Below are positions 13,970 through 25,589 of a DNA stretch of 64,000 bases, piece after piece (positions within the stretch are counted from its first letter, which is position 1; every line of letters begins with the position of its first letter). Origin of the DNA: Chiloscyllium plagiosum. Taxonomy: Eukaryota. A program made the position numbers and the translations under genes. The DNA lies in the NCBI RefSeq assembly GCF_004010195.1, contig NC_057727.1, positions 69,856,171 through 69,920,170 of the forward strand. The letters run 5' to 3'. The notes under the pieces were generated by a model. It was given only the letters and a program-made list of their open reading frames with translations, had not been told where the DNA came from and did no database searches.

Positions 13970-14700
13970 ATTAAAGTCGAGTGTAGTACTGGAAAAGCAC
14001 AGCAGGTCAGGCGGCATCCGAGAAGTAGGAGAGTCGAAGTTTTGGACAAAAATCCTTCATCAGGAATGCGGCTGGGAGCCTCGGGAGTGGAGAGATAAAT
14101 GGGAGAGGGTGGGGCTGAGTGTGCAGTAGGTGGATGAAGGTGGGGGTAAAGATGATAGGGGAGGGTGGTGCAGACTGGCGGGAAGGAAGACTGACAGATG
14201 AGGCAGGCCATGAGGACTGTGCTGAGCTGGAAGGTTGGAACTGAGGTAAGGCATGGGAAGGTGAAATTAATGCCATGGGGTTGGAGGGTCCTGAGGTGGA
14301 AGATGAGGATTTCTTATTCCTGGCGTTGGGTGGTAAGGCAGTGGCGATGAAGGCGGCCCATGATTTGCATGTCCTCGGTAGAGAGGGAGGGGGTGTTGAA
14401 GTGTTCGGCCATGGGGCGGTGGGGTTGAATGGTGAGGGTGTTCCAGAGATGTTCTCTGAAGAGCTTTGCGAGTCGGCATCCTGTCTCCCCAATGTAGAGG
14501 AGACTGCACTGGGAGCAACAGATACAGTAAATGATGTGTGGAAGTGCAGGTGAAACTTTGGATGTGGAAGACTCTTTTTTGGGCCTTGGATGGAGGTGGG
14601 GGTGTTGTGGGCACAGGTTTTGCAATTCCTGCAGTGGGGGTGGGGGAGCATGGACCTGACAAAGTAGTTGCAGAGGGAACTGTCTTTACGGAAAGCGGGT
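13970..14700 (-). mobile_element. Penelope-like element fragment: GIY-YIG endonuclease C-terminus plus 3' terminus
   Basis: ORF 14314..14625 contains IIYCICCSQCSLLYIGETGCRLAKLFREH...MAEHFN, the PLE GIY-YIG signature; frameshifted; followed by the hammerhead-bearing tail. Confidence 0.85.
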
Positions 14701-15299
14701 AGGGGGTGGGGTGGGGGGGGTGTGGAATCTCAGGATTAACCCCATTCCCATTTTCTGTGTTACCCATGAGTTTTTACCCTGTGTCTTTTACTCATGTGCT
14801 AATAATTTCTTCTTTTACTTTTGAGAAAAGCAAGCTCCTAATACTGATCCCTCAGGGATACTGTTGTTTACACTCCTTCAGTCAGGAGAAAAACATCCAT
14901 TGCTCCTGTGTTTTCTGTTCTTGTTGGCCAGTCATTTATTTACTTGTGCTATGTTCCTTTGGTTGGTACTTTAGTTTCACCAGCAATGCTAGCATGAAAT
15001 TCTGTCAAAGTATTTTCAAATCAACTCTCTTCAGTCAGGCTGTGATGCACGTTTGTGTGATTTTGATCCCATCCTGTCAGAAGAACCGATAGAAATGTCG
15101 GCAACAGATATGAACCTCAGTGTCAACCCATTGCTTCCATCATAGGTGCTAAAAATTCTCTAATCTCTGAGATCAATGAACTACCTCTATGCAACTAATG
15201 GGGAGATTGCATCCTCTGCAAAAAAAAAAAAGTCTGTCAACATCAGGCAACACGTTGAATCATGGGGTGGTAAATTTACATAATGATGATGAAAATGAG

Positions 15300-15610
15300 G
15301 CGAGGAGTTTAACATTGTCACCCTCACGTTTTGTGGTTCTGAGTGCTGGGATGCGCAATGATGTGAAGAGCAAAAATTATGAACAGTCAAATTGGTTGAG
15401 AGGAATATTGGAATATACAGGATGCCTTAAGAGCATGATGTAGGCAACAAACATCAACAATATCCAAGCCAGATGCCCTGTAATGGTTTAGGAATGGTTT
15501 AGGCATATTCTGAGAATGAAGGCAGTTGGAATGCCTATAATGTCATGGCAGTCATGGTTCCTTGGGACTTGGAAAGTCCAAGGAAGTACTGGATGAACAA
15601 TATCAAGGCT
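15300..15610 (+). mobile_element. old RTE-like LINE C-terminal fragment
   Basis: Translates to EWFRHILRM and ESPRKYWMNNIK, resembling the RTE-type motifs W(L/F)GHxxRM and GRPRKxW. Confidence 0.45.
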
Positions 15611-16109
15611 ATCTTTTCACAAAAAGGGGTAGAATTTATTGAAGGGAACAGATTAGCTCAACCAATAACATTGAATGAATTAACTCCTTTTCATTGAGTA
15701 ATGGGATGGATGAGAATTTAGTTGTAATATATAATATAAATATTGGCTACAGTATGGATTTGGGAATGTACATACTGCCATTACAAACCATTTAATGAAA
15801 TGTCGGATCTGTTAATTTGATCTTGCTTTGAAATGAATTCATGTTATGTTTCCTTGAATATGTATGGCATCTTCGTCATCAATGCAGTTTATTCTCAAAC
15901 TGAATAGGACTCCTAAAAAGTCAGGATTGAATATGGCCATGACAGTGGATAAGCAACAGTCATTGACTTGGTATTTTGTAGAGTACATTATTTAAAACTT
16001 TGATATCACTGTTTGTTCTTATGACTTCATGATATTGTTCCAAGTTACAGTATGTGGTTAGAGATGGCAGGTATCCTTCTACTAATATCATCATGTGTCC
16101 TTTCCACAG

Positions 16110-16205
16110 AATAATGCCTCTAAACTGCTACTGGCAATCATGGAGAGCAGGCATGACAGTGAGAATGCAGAGAGGATACTTTACAACATGAGGCCCAAGG
16201 AACTG
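16110..16205 (+). CDS. ITPR1: ITPR1 exon ([32 protein letters not shown])
   Basis: ccacag|AAT ... CTG|gtaga; 96 bp; contains the AIMES glutamate equivalent to the Ca2+-sensor residue E2100. Confidence 0.96.
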
Positions 16206-16293
16206 GTAGAGAGTGTTTATTTTAAATAGATTGCTTTTTCATTTTCCTGCAAGCGAACCTTAATTTTAATTGATGAAGTCAATGCCTCCTTAG

Positions 16294-16416
16294 GTGGAAG
16301 TGATCAAGAAAGCCTACCTCCAAGGAGAGGTAGAGTTTGAGGAAACAGAGGATGGTGAGGATCATGCCGCATCGCCCCGGAATGTTGGCCACAATATTTA
16401 CATTCTTGCACACCAG
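16294..16416 (+). CDS. ITPR1: ITPR1 exon ([41 protein letters not shown])
   Basis: ccttag|GTG ... CAG|gtaaac; 123 bp, phase 0/0. Confidence 0.96.
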
Positions 16417-16663
16417 GTAAACTTGGCCATCAAACGTGGGTTTAGCCAAGGGTCGTTGTAACAAGGATAGCGTTTATATCAATGGCATGAGCAATACAGT
16501 TAATATTCTGCCCATCATCTTGTGATACACGTGACACTTCGCTTCCAATTTAGTTTATTCTTCCAAATTTGGTGGCTCCTTTGTAAAACTGAATTTTATT
16601 TAGCAGGGCAGTTCCAACTAAGTGTATTTATATATTTAATTCACAGTATACATTTGAACTGTC

Positions 16664-16948
16664 AGCCGTGGCTCATTTGAGAGCACAGTTTCCGAACCAC
16701 AAGGTCCCAGATCCCAAGTCCCACTCCAAGCCTTGAACGCAGATAACAAAAAAAGAGCTAGCACTGCTGAGGGAGCCCTGCAGTGTTGAAGGTGCCATCC
16801 ACTGAACAGAGGTCCAACCCGCCCATTTGGGTGAATGTGAAAGATCGCATGGCACTGCTTCTAAGAGCTGGGGAGTTTTCCCTGGTGACCTCGCCAAAAT
16901 GTATTCCTCAATCAACGTGACACCAAAAAAACATGACTGGTCATTATC
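16664..16948 (+). mobile_element. Deu-domain SINE (SacSINE1/AmnSINE1-like)
   Basis: gaaggtgccatcc...gtgaaagatcgcatggcact...ggggagttttccctggtgacctcgccaaaatgtattcctcaatcaac matches the Deu core as I recall it. Confidence 0.65.
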
Positions 16949-17232
16949 CTATTGATAACCTTGTTTCTGTCACACCAGATGTGTGGTACATGTACCTGAG
17001 TATTGTGGTCGCGGATGAGTCAGTGGATGCTATGCTGCACGGTTTTTGAAGAACAGTCAGAATAAATATTGTTGTAAGGAAGAGGGGGGTGGGGGCGGGC
17101 ACCTCGGGGGCATTTGGATGGGCTAGAATATTGGAAGTACACAAAACAAGTTTTATGTTGCATTCATTGTTGAGCTGTGGAGGAATGTGACTATTTCAGT
17201 CCTGACATGCATAACTTTGCTTATTCCTGCAG

Positions 17233-17340
17233 TTGGCACGTCATAACAAAGAACTGCAGCAAATGCTGAAGCCTGGAAGTCAAATGGGCGAAGGAGACGA
17301 AGCCTTGGAATATTATGCTAAGCACACAGCTCAGATTGAG
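17233..17340 (+). CDS. ITPR1: ITPR1 exon ([36 protein letters not shown])
   Basis: ctgcag|TTG ... GAG|gtcagt; 108 bp, phase 0/0. Confidence 0.96.
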
Positions 17341-18597
17341 GTCAGTAAAAATGAGGCATAAAAGCAAACGGATACCAGCATCTTGTACCATTCTTATTCA
17401 CAGCCTTGATGGATGTGGGGGAATGTACTGACGTATGAGATCAATTAGAAAACATGCTAGAGAAGGATTTGACAAAGGTCTAGAAACCAAAACAAACAGC
17501 TAATCAGACAAACTTCCCAGTTTGGATTATAGCCTTAAAAATTACGGAAAGTTTATTATCTTGGGAAATGGACTAAGATAACATATCATGTTCTGAGTCA
17601 TGAAATAATCATTAGTTCTTCCTTGAGTTTTTTCAATAGCAAACAATGGAAACAGTTGAGTGAATTGGCTGATAAGTGCCCTATAGAGACACTGAGGCCA
17701 TTCGAGCCTCATTACCCATATAAAGCAACCTTCTTTGTTTTATACATAAGCTGGCTACCCAGTTAGTATTGCATGAGGTGAGATTCAATAACTGGTCCAA
17801 GTTAATGAATCTTGCAATTTTACGTCTCTTTAACAGGAAATGAAAATGCACTAAAATAGTAGTTGCTGAGAGTAAAATACTGATCAGTGAGTCAACTTCT
17901 TTGAGGCCTGTTTTAACTCTGGGAGGGGAGTAAGCAGGCAGGGGGCTGTCCTTCCACAGAACACTTGGGTGGCAAGCCTGGCAGACTTGCCACTGTCGAA
18001 CATCGTTGCAGTGTTCAGTGTTCCTCACCTGCTTTTGGTGTTTACTGGCTACAAGTGAGCAATGGCTAAACTGTGCTCCTCCATGAAAGCTCATAGTTCT
18101 GGCTGGAGCTGGAATGCTACTGATTTGGAATTCCAAGCTTACCTTCCCGGACGGTGCGTGAAGTCTGTTCGGTTTCTTGTATTTTAGGCTCTCAGTCAGA
18201 AGTAGGCTGAGTGAATTCTGTTTTCATTTCAGCTAAAAGCTTTGGGATCTACATAAAATGTAGCAGCAGTGCAGAAAATTCGCCATGAACGTAATCCTCC
18301 AGTATCTGAGGAAGAGTTTTGTTGTCATTAGATCACTCTCTTGAAGTGAAGCATTGATGCTTAGGATTCATAGGTGCAGTAGCCCATGGTGGTTAATGAT
18401 TGTAAAGGCAAAAGCTGCGTGAGATATTGTTGTCATTTAATCACTTGCTGCAAACTGGACTCCAGATCTGAAGGTGCAAAGACCGAGTTTTACTTAACTG
18501 TCTGAATGTCTTCGTAGCACCAAACAACATCTTCATTACATGAATCACTGTGTTCAGACAGCCACTTTTTGCTGCTTATGTACTGAGAGGTGCTGTC

Positions 18598-18907
18598 TCG
18601 GTGGCACAGTGGTTAGCACTGTTGCCTCACAGCACCAGAGACCCGGGTTCAATTCCCATCTCAGGCGACCGACTGTGTGGAGTTTGCACATTCTCCCCGT
18701 GTCTGCGTGGGTTTCCTCCGGGTGCTCCGGTTTCCTCCCACAGTCCAAAAATGTGCAGATCAGGTGAATTGGCCATGCTAAATTGCCTGTAGTGTTAGGT
18801 GCAGGGGTAAATGTAGGGGAATGGGTCTGGGTGGGTTGTGCTTCGGCGGGTCGGTGTGGACTTGTTGGGCCGAAGGGCCTGTTTCCACACTGTAAGTAAT
18901 CTAATCT
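18598..18907 (+). mobile_element. HE1-like V-SINE, young and near full length
   Basis: A box TGGCACAGTGG (18602), B box GGTTCAATTCC (18646), CpGs retained, tail ending taatctaatct. Confidence 0.9.
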
Positions 18908-18920
18908 TAAACGTCTCCTG

Positions 18921-19478
18921 GCTCACTGGCCCCACTGCTCCATTCTTAAATGTTGCATGTTTGATGCATCCAGTATTGGCTGGCTGGCACTTGAAAGTTA
19001 CATCTTCCAATATGCTTTCCATAATCATGCAACTCGATTTGCATCCTGACCAAAATCTAGACTAGCTTGTGGTTGAAACCCAGTATATTTGTTGTGATGG
19101 AATGTAAAAGATTTGACTTAATATCTGGAGGCTAATCCTATCCAAGTACAACACATGAGTGAAGATGACTGCAGATGTGTTCAACCTATCTTTCTCCAGC
19201 TGATTGAGTGAGTGGGCGCAGGGCAGCAGGAGACCCTGAATGCACAAGTCATGGGGCATCAGTAATCCATTCTGCTAGGTGAATGTCAGGAACAGCTTGG
19301 CATACAGGTGTGCTGGGCTCCCATATGACAACTGGAACAAGTGGACTCGTGGCTGTGTCCTGTGCACTAAGCAAATTTGTCATCACTTGGAGTGAATCAA
19401 ATTGACTGAACGTTGGTATTTGTGTAGTGTTGAGGATCTCAGGCAGAGACTTCGAAGGAAATGTTCATTCAGAGCTTC
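18921..19478 (+). repeat. 558-bp direct repeat, copy 1
   Basis: Matches 22743-23300 at 556/558 positions with no indels (manual alignment). Confidence 0.95.
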
Positions 19479-20116
19479 TATCTGAAGATGGCAGCAAGCC
19501 CTTCATCTTCCTCTTATCTCAGGTGCACAGTGAGCAGTCCTGCCATGGATGATGGTCTTGTTCAAGGAGCTGTTAATTACTCTCCTGTTAATTTTCCATC
19601 AATGTTCGCAAATTAATCTGGAAGAATTGCAGTGTTCTAACATATATGTTCATAAATGTTTGTGGTATAAAGGGACACCATTCGATCCATTGTGTCCCAA
19701 TTTCTTGTAATATTTCACAACATTTCACATTGTTGATACCTGCTTTGTCCTTTCCCATTGTGAAGATCAATGCAAAGTCTTCATTGAGCATTATGTTCAC
19801 ATCTTAAGGCCAACACCCAAATTACCTCTATGGCCCCTAATCTTTCCCTAGTTATTCTCTTGTCCCTTCTGTATTTGAAAACAAAATCCTTTGGATTTCA
19901 CTTTATCCTGTCCACTAATGCTTTCTCGCACCCTCTTTTGCTAATTTCTATTTTTAAGATTCTCTCCCCACACCCCCTCAGCCTTTTCTGACTCTTCAAG
20001 GGACCCTTCCATATTAAGCCTTCAGTATCTTACACAAGACTTCCTTTTGTTGTCCCCCTTGATCCAAACCTTTATTTCCCTTGACTATATCAAATGGATT
20101 TGCTTAGTTCTATCTG

Positions 20117-22210
20117 AACATAAGAATGAGGAGCAGGAGTAGTTCATCTGGCCCTTCGAGCCCGCTCTGCCGTTAAATAAGATCATGGCTGATCTTTCCA
20201 AAATTTGCTGTTTTCCAATCTACTGGGACTGCCCCAGCATCCAGCAAATTTTGGAAAATTACCACCAGTACACCTGCTATTTCTCCTGCCATCTGTCTTA
20301 GTACCCTCAGGTGCATTCTATCACAGCTAGGTGACTTATCTACCCTTGGCTCCATTAGCTTACCCAGTACTAGCACTTTAATAATTATTTCCAGGTACAT
20401 ACCTACCTTAGTTCTTTGTCAATTACTGGCATGTTATTTGTGTTCTCCACTGTGAAGACCGATACAAAATAACCTGTTCAGTGCCTTGGCCATTTCATCA
20501 TATCCCATAACTAAATGCCCCTTCTCAACCTGTAAAGGACCAATGTTTACTTCAGCCAGTTTTTCATTTTATATATTTATAGAAACTTTTGCTATCTGTT
20601 ATGTTCTGTGCTAGTTTTTTTTTTCTCATTCTATCTTATGTTATAGCTCTTTTTGTGGCTTTCTATTGACCTTTAAAGTTTTCCCAATGTTCTAGTCTCC
20701 TGCTGTTCTTGGCCATTTTGTATGTCTTTTTCAATTTGATAGCCTCCCTTATTTCCTCAGACACCCATGGCAGATTACCCCTTTTCTTACAGTCGTTTCT
20801 TTTCACTGGAAGATACTTTTGCTGAGCATTTTGAAAAATTGCTTTGAACGTCCTTCACTGCTCATCAGCTGTCCCACCATGAAATCTTTGTTTCCAGTCT
20901 ACTTTAGCCAGGTCCCCTCTCATTCTGTTGTAGTCCCCCTTGTTTAAGCAGGACCCTGGTATTGGATTTTATCTTCACACTCTCCATCTGTATTCTAAAT
21001 TCAACCATACTGTGATCACTCCTTCCAAGAGGATCCCTAATTAGGAGGTCATTAATTATTTCTGTCTCATTACACAGGATCAGCTCGAGGATCGCTTGCT
21101 CCCTCATTGGTTCCATTACATGCTGTTCAAGAAAATTATCCTGGATACACTCCATGAACTCCTCAAGGCTACCCTGACTGAGTTGATTCAACCAACCGAC
21201 ATGTAGATTAAAATCCCCCATGAAAATTGCCATACCATTTTTACAGGCATTAGTCATTGGGGTAGGCAATAAACAAAGCAATGTTATGTTATTATTTTAT
21301 TGCCTATAGACTATCTGAGTGTCTTTTTCTTAGAATTTCTAATTTCCACCCAAATGGATTCAACCTTATTCTCCACCGAACCTATATCATCTCTCAGCAC
21401 TGCCCTAATGTCATCCTTGAATATCAGAGCTATACCACCTCCCTTACCTTCCTGTCTGTCCTTCTGAATAGTCTGATGCCCCTGGATATTTAACTCCCCA
21501 GTAGTGACCAATCTGTAACCATGTCTCCGTAACAGATACCAAATCATATTCATTCGCAATGATTTGTACCGTAAACTCATTGACGTTGTTACAAATGCTA
21601 TGAGCATTCAGGTAAAGTGCCTTTATGCTAGTTTTCATACCCTCATGAGTTCCAACATCTCTAATATCTCCTGATTTATCCATCCTTTTTGTTTCTTTCA
21701 TAGTGTGCATTGAACTTAAACCCTCCTGCATACATGCCAACCTGCTGCTTACCTTTTTTATTAATCATGATGCATTCTGTCATTTTCCCTTTCCCCCGAC
21801 TGACCAGTTTAAAGTCCAAGTGACCATCCTATTTATCCTTTTCGCGAGAACACTAGTTACAGATCAGTTTAGGTGGAGACCGTCCCATCAGCACAGATCC
21901 CCCAGTTCCAAAAGTGATGTCAATGCCCCATGAAATGGAAACACCTCTTTCCCAAATCACTCCCTTAGCCACGTTTTTACTTCCCTAATTTTCTTATCTC
22001 TAAGCCAACTTGCACATGGCTCGGGTAGTAATCTGGAGATTATGACCCTCCACGATCTATTCCTTAATTTCATTCCTAGTGCTCAACAATCCCCAAACAG
22101 GTCCTCCATCCTATCCTTGCATATGTTGTTGGTCTCAATGTGGACCACAAGAACTGGATCCTCCCCCTCCCACTCAATATCCTTTCAGGCCGGTCAGAGA
22201 TGTCCTGCAC
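20117..22210 (-). mobile_element. CR1 LINE remnant: ORF1 esterase-like end, APE endonuclease, and a 3' tail fused after internal deletion
   Basis: GEDPVLVVHIETNNI (ORF1 esterase-like), KALYLNAHSI, DLVSVTETWL, FMGDFNLH, EPMREQAILEL, GRSDH, VDKSPSCDRMHLRVL; a 3' tail sits at 20117-20195 with no RT core in between. Confidence 0.85.
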
Positions 22211-22742
22211 CCCAGCATCTGTCACGTGCTACTTCCACTGTTTAGTAAACATTTAGTCCCAGGTTTGAAGCGTCATTAGCTTGACACCTCATTTTTAGGT
22301 CTGCTCGTGCTGTACAGGCTTTCTATGCTACAGTCATTGCACCAGCTGGTCTCCTGGCTTAATGTCAGAGTAAATGATGTACCAGGCAGAGAAGTTACAG
22401 ATTGCAACTAAATACAGTTCTATTGCTGAACAGCAGCACCACAGGTGTATCCAGTTAGGAACTATTAGATCTTGAGGTATCCAATTTACTATAGTAGTAG
22501 TGCCACAAAGTTATGCATTATATCTTCATTGTCAAGATGAGACTTGATCTCTCCAAGAATTGAGAGATCAACGCACTGACAAGGTTGTAATGACTGCTAA
22601 ATTAGTGACGCCAAATTGTGTAGATTCTCTTTCTTTCCATTCTATCAGCACTTGGTGCGATTCCAATGTGGCAGATGTGTCCAGTTCAGTTCAACTCTAG
22701 GCGGGGGGGGGGGGGGGGAGTGGGGGAGGGGGTTAGGGTCCC

Positions 22743-23300
22743 GCTCACTGGCCCCACTGCTCCATTCTTAAATGTTGCATGTTTGATGCATCCAGTATTG
22801 GCTGGCTGGCACTTGAAAGTTACATCTTCCAATATGCTTTCCATAATCATGCAACTCGATTTGCATCCTGACCAAAATCTAGACTAGCTTGTGGTTGAAA
22901 CCCAGTATATTTGTTGTGATGGAATGTAAAAGATTTGACTTAATATCTGGAGGCTAATCCTATCCAAGTACAACACATGAGTGAAGATGACTGCAGATGT
23001 GTTCAACCTATCTTTCTCCAGCTGATTGAGTGAGTGGGCGCAGGGCAGCAGGAGACCCTGAATGCACAAGTCATGGGGCATCAGTAATCCATTCTGCCAG
23101 GTGAATGCCAGGAACAGCTTGGCATACAGGTGTGCTGGGCTCCCATATGACAACTGGAACAAGTGGACTCGTGGCTGTGTCCTGTGCACTAAGCAAATTT
23201 GTCATCACTTGGAGTGAATCAAATTGACTGAACGTTGGTATTTGTGTAGTGTTGAGGATCTCAGGCAGAGACTTCGAAGGAAATGTTCATTCAGAGCTTC
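22743..23300 (+). repeat. 558-bp direct repeat, copy 2
   Basis: Matches 18921-19478 except C instead of T at 23098 and 23108. Confidence 0.95.
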
Positions 23301-24414
23301 CCCCACCCGAGGGAAAAGACTTTGTCGAATTTACCCTATCCATGTTCTTGATTTTATAAACCTCCTATAAGGTCACCCCTCAACCATTAACTCTTCAGGG
23401 AAAACAGCCCCAGCCTGTTCAGCCTCTCCCTATAGCTCAAATCCTCCAACCCTGGCAACTTCCTTGTAAATCTTTTCTGAACCCTTTCAAGTTTCACAAC
23501 ATCTTTCCAATAGGAAGGAAACCAGAATTGCACATCATATTCCAACAGTGGCCTAACCAATGTCCCGTACAGCCGCAACACGACCTCCCTACTTCTATAC
23601 TCAGTACGCGGACCAATAAAGGAAAGCATACCAAAACGCCGCCTTCACTATTCTATATACCTGCAACTCCACTTTCAGGGAGCTATGAACCTGTGCTCCA
23701 TGGTCTCTTTGTTCAGCAACACTCCCTAGGACCATTAAGTGTATAGGTCTTGCTAAGATTTGCTTTCTCAAAATGCAAAACCTTGCATTTGTCTAAATTA
23801 ATCTCCATCTGCTGCCACTCAGCCCATTGGCCCATCTAATCGAGATCCCATTGTAATTTGAGGTAACCTTCTTTGCTGTTCAATCCAAGTTTGGTGTCAT
23901 CTGCAAACTTACTAACTGTACCTCTTATGCTCACATCCAAATCATTTATATAAATGACAAAATATGGTAGACCCAGCATCGATCTGTGTGGCACTCCACT
24001 TATAATAATTGATGATCCAAACCCCTCAGCAAGGGGCCCAGCCATCACTTCTCTGGCTTCCCACAGAGTTCTTGGGTACACCTGATCAGGTCCTGGGGAT
24101 TTATCCACCTTTGTTTCAAGACATCTAGCACTTCCTCCTCTGTAATATGAACACTTTTCAAGATATCACCATTTATTTCCCTTCATTCTATTTCTTCCAT
24201 GTCCTTCTCCACAGTAAGCACAGATGCAAAATACTTGTTTAATATTTCCCCCCCATCTCCTGTGGCTCCAACACAAAGGCTGCCTTGCTGATCTTTGAGG
24301 GGCCCTATTCTCTCCCTAGTTACCCTTTTGTCCTTAATATATTTGTAAAAACCTTTTGGATTCTCCTTAATTCTATTTGCCGAAGCCGCCTCCTGTCCCC
24401 TTTTTGCCCTCCTA
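23301..24414 (-). mobile_element. CR1 LINE ORF2 (RT) fragments
   Basis: DKSPGPDQVYPRTLWEARE, YINDLD...SKFADDTK, LVRPLLEY, LERVQKRFTR motifs with deletions. Confidence 0.9.
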
Positions 24415-24535
24415 ATTGCATTAGTTAGGGGTGGATGTAGGGGATTGGGTCTGGATGGGTTGCTGTTCAGAGGGTTGGTATGGACTTGTTGGGCTGAAGG
24501 GCCTGTTTCCACACTGTAGGGAATCTAATCTAATA
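24415..24535 (+). mobile_element. HE1-like SINE 3' fragment
   Basis: ggacttgttgggctgaagggcctgtttccacactgtagggaatctaatctaat. Confidence 0.8.
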
Positions 24536-25396
24536 TAATCTTATCTTCAGTGTACTCAGACTGCCTTTACACTCTTGTAAGGTTTCACTTGATTTATCTT
24601 TCTTCACCGAGGTTACATTCTGTGTCATTGCTACTTCTCAATAAGCAGTTGTCTGTTTTTGTTTTAAACCCGATCTTCAACCAAAATCCCTGATCCTCTT
24701 GCTGCTGATCACAGGCTTACATTTCCGGAACCATGTGCAGTATAAAACAGCAATCATTGATCAAATTATGCAAAATGAAGCATTTGACAATTTTAATCTG
24801 CTCTTTCAAAATGTTTCTGAAGATGCAAAGAATCTTAACGATCCAGTGGGATGAAAGACATACCCATCTTCCTTCCAAATCCTATTGACACATGGGTTGC
24901 AATCCTGCATACTCTCAGGAAACATAGGCCCATCTGGAATGAAACATCCGTGATTTTAAAGATGTTGTCATAGAAGAACTTTAGAATATGTAAAGACAAT
25001 TCAGTGGAGGCTATCAGTATTTTTTTTTCCCAAGTGTTGTTTAAAATTTTGCACGTCAAAAAGTCAGTCACCAATAAAAATGATGGATAACAATGCTTTC
25101 AAAGTATTTTGAGGTGATTTGATCCGTTCGTCAACAGACTAAGATGGTGCAGTACTCGCTACTTTTTATGCCCAATGTAAATGTTTGCACATAGTTTTTA
25201 CATGCACAGTTAGAGGAAATAGCATTTACAGGCAGGATGTGTCTGCTGTACAAAAGTTCTTTAATGATATATAATCCATCTAGTGTATATTGGGAATTAC
25301 TGCATTTACAAATGTATATTATTGTTGCAATGATGAAGTTTCAATTCTGTTAGTATTGTTGATATTCAGTTTTAATTCGATCCATCTTCTCTGCAG

Positions 25397-25589
25397 ATTG
25401 TGAGGCAGGACCGCACTATGGAGCAGATAGTTTTCCCTGTTCCAAATATCTGCGAGTTCCTTACCAAGGAATCTAAACTGCGTGTGTACTATACCACTGA
25501 ACGGGATGAGCAAGGGAGTAAGATAAATGACTTCTTTCTGAGCTCTGAAGACCTCTTCAATGAAATGAACTGGCAGAAGAAGCTTCGAG
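25397..25589 (+). CDS. ITPR1: ITPR1 exon ([64 protein letters not shown])
   Basis: ctgcag|ATT ... CGAG|gtgggt; 193 bp, phase 0 to 1. Confidence 0.97.

Noticed and set aside
14007-14767. Long overlapping ORFs (214, 166 and 103 aa) as novel genes
   Set aside because: These are alternative frames of a GC-rich decayed Penelope-like element.
18598-18665. tRNA gene
   Set aside because: The A and B boxes run straight into the V-SINE core; this is a SINE head.
22732-22738. Interstitial telomeric repeat
   Set aside because: A single TTAGGG within a G-run, not an array.
18921-23300. LTR retrotransposon bounded by 558-bp LTRs
   Set aside because: No TG...CA ends, PBS, PPT or TSD; the interior is CR1 debris; copy 1 is continuous with an old LINE.
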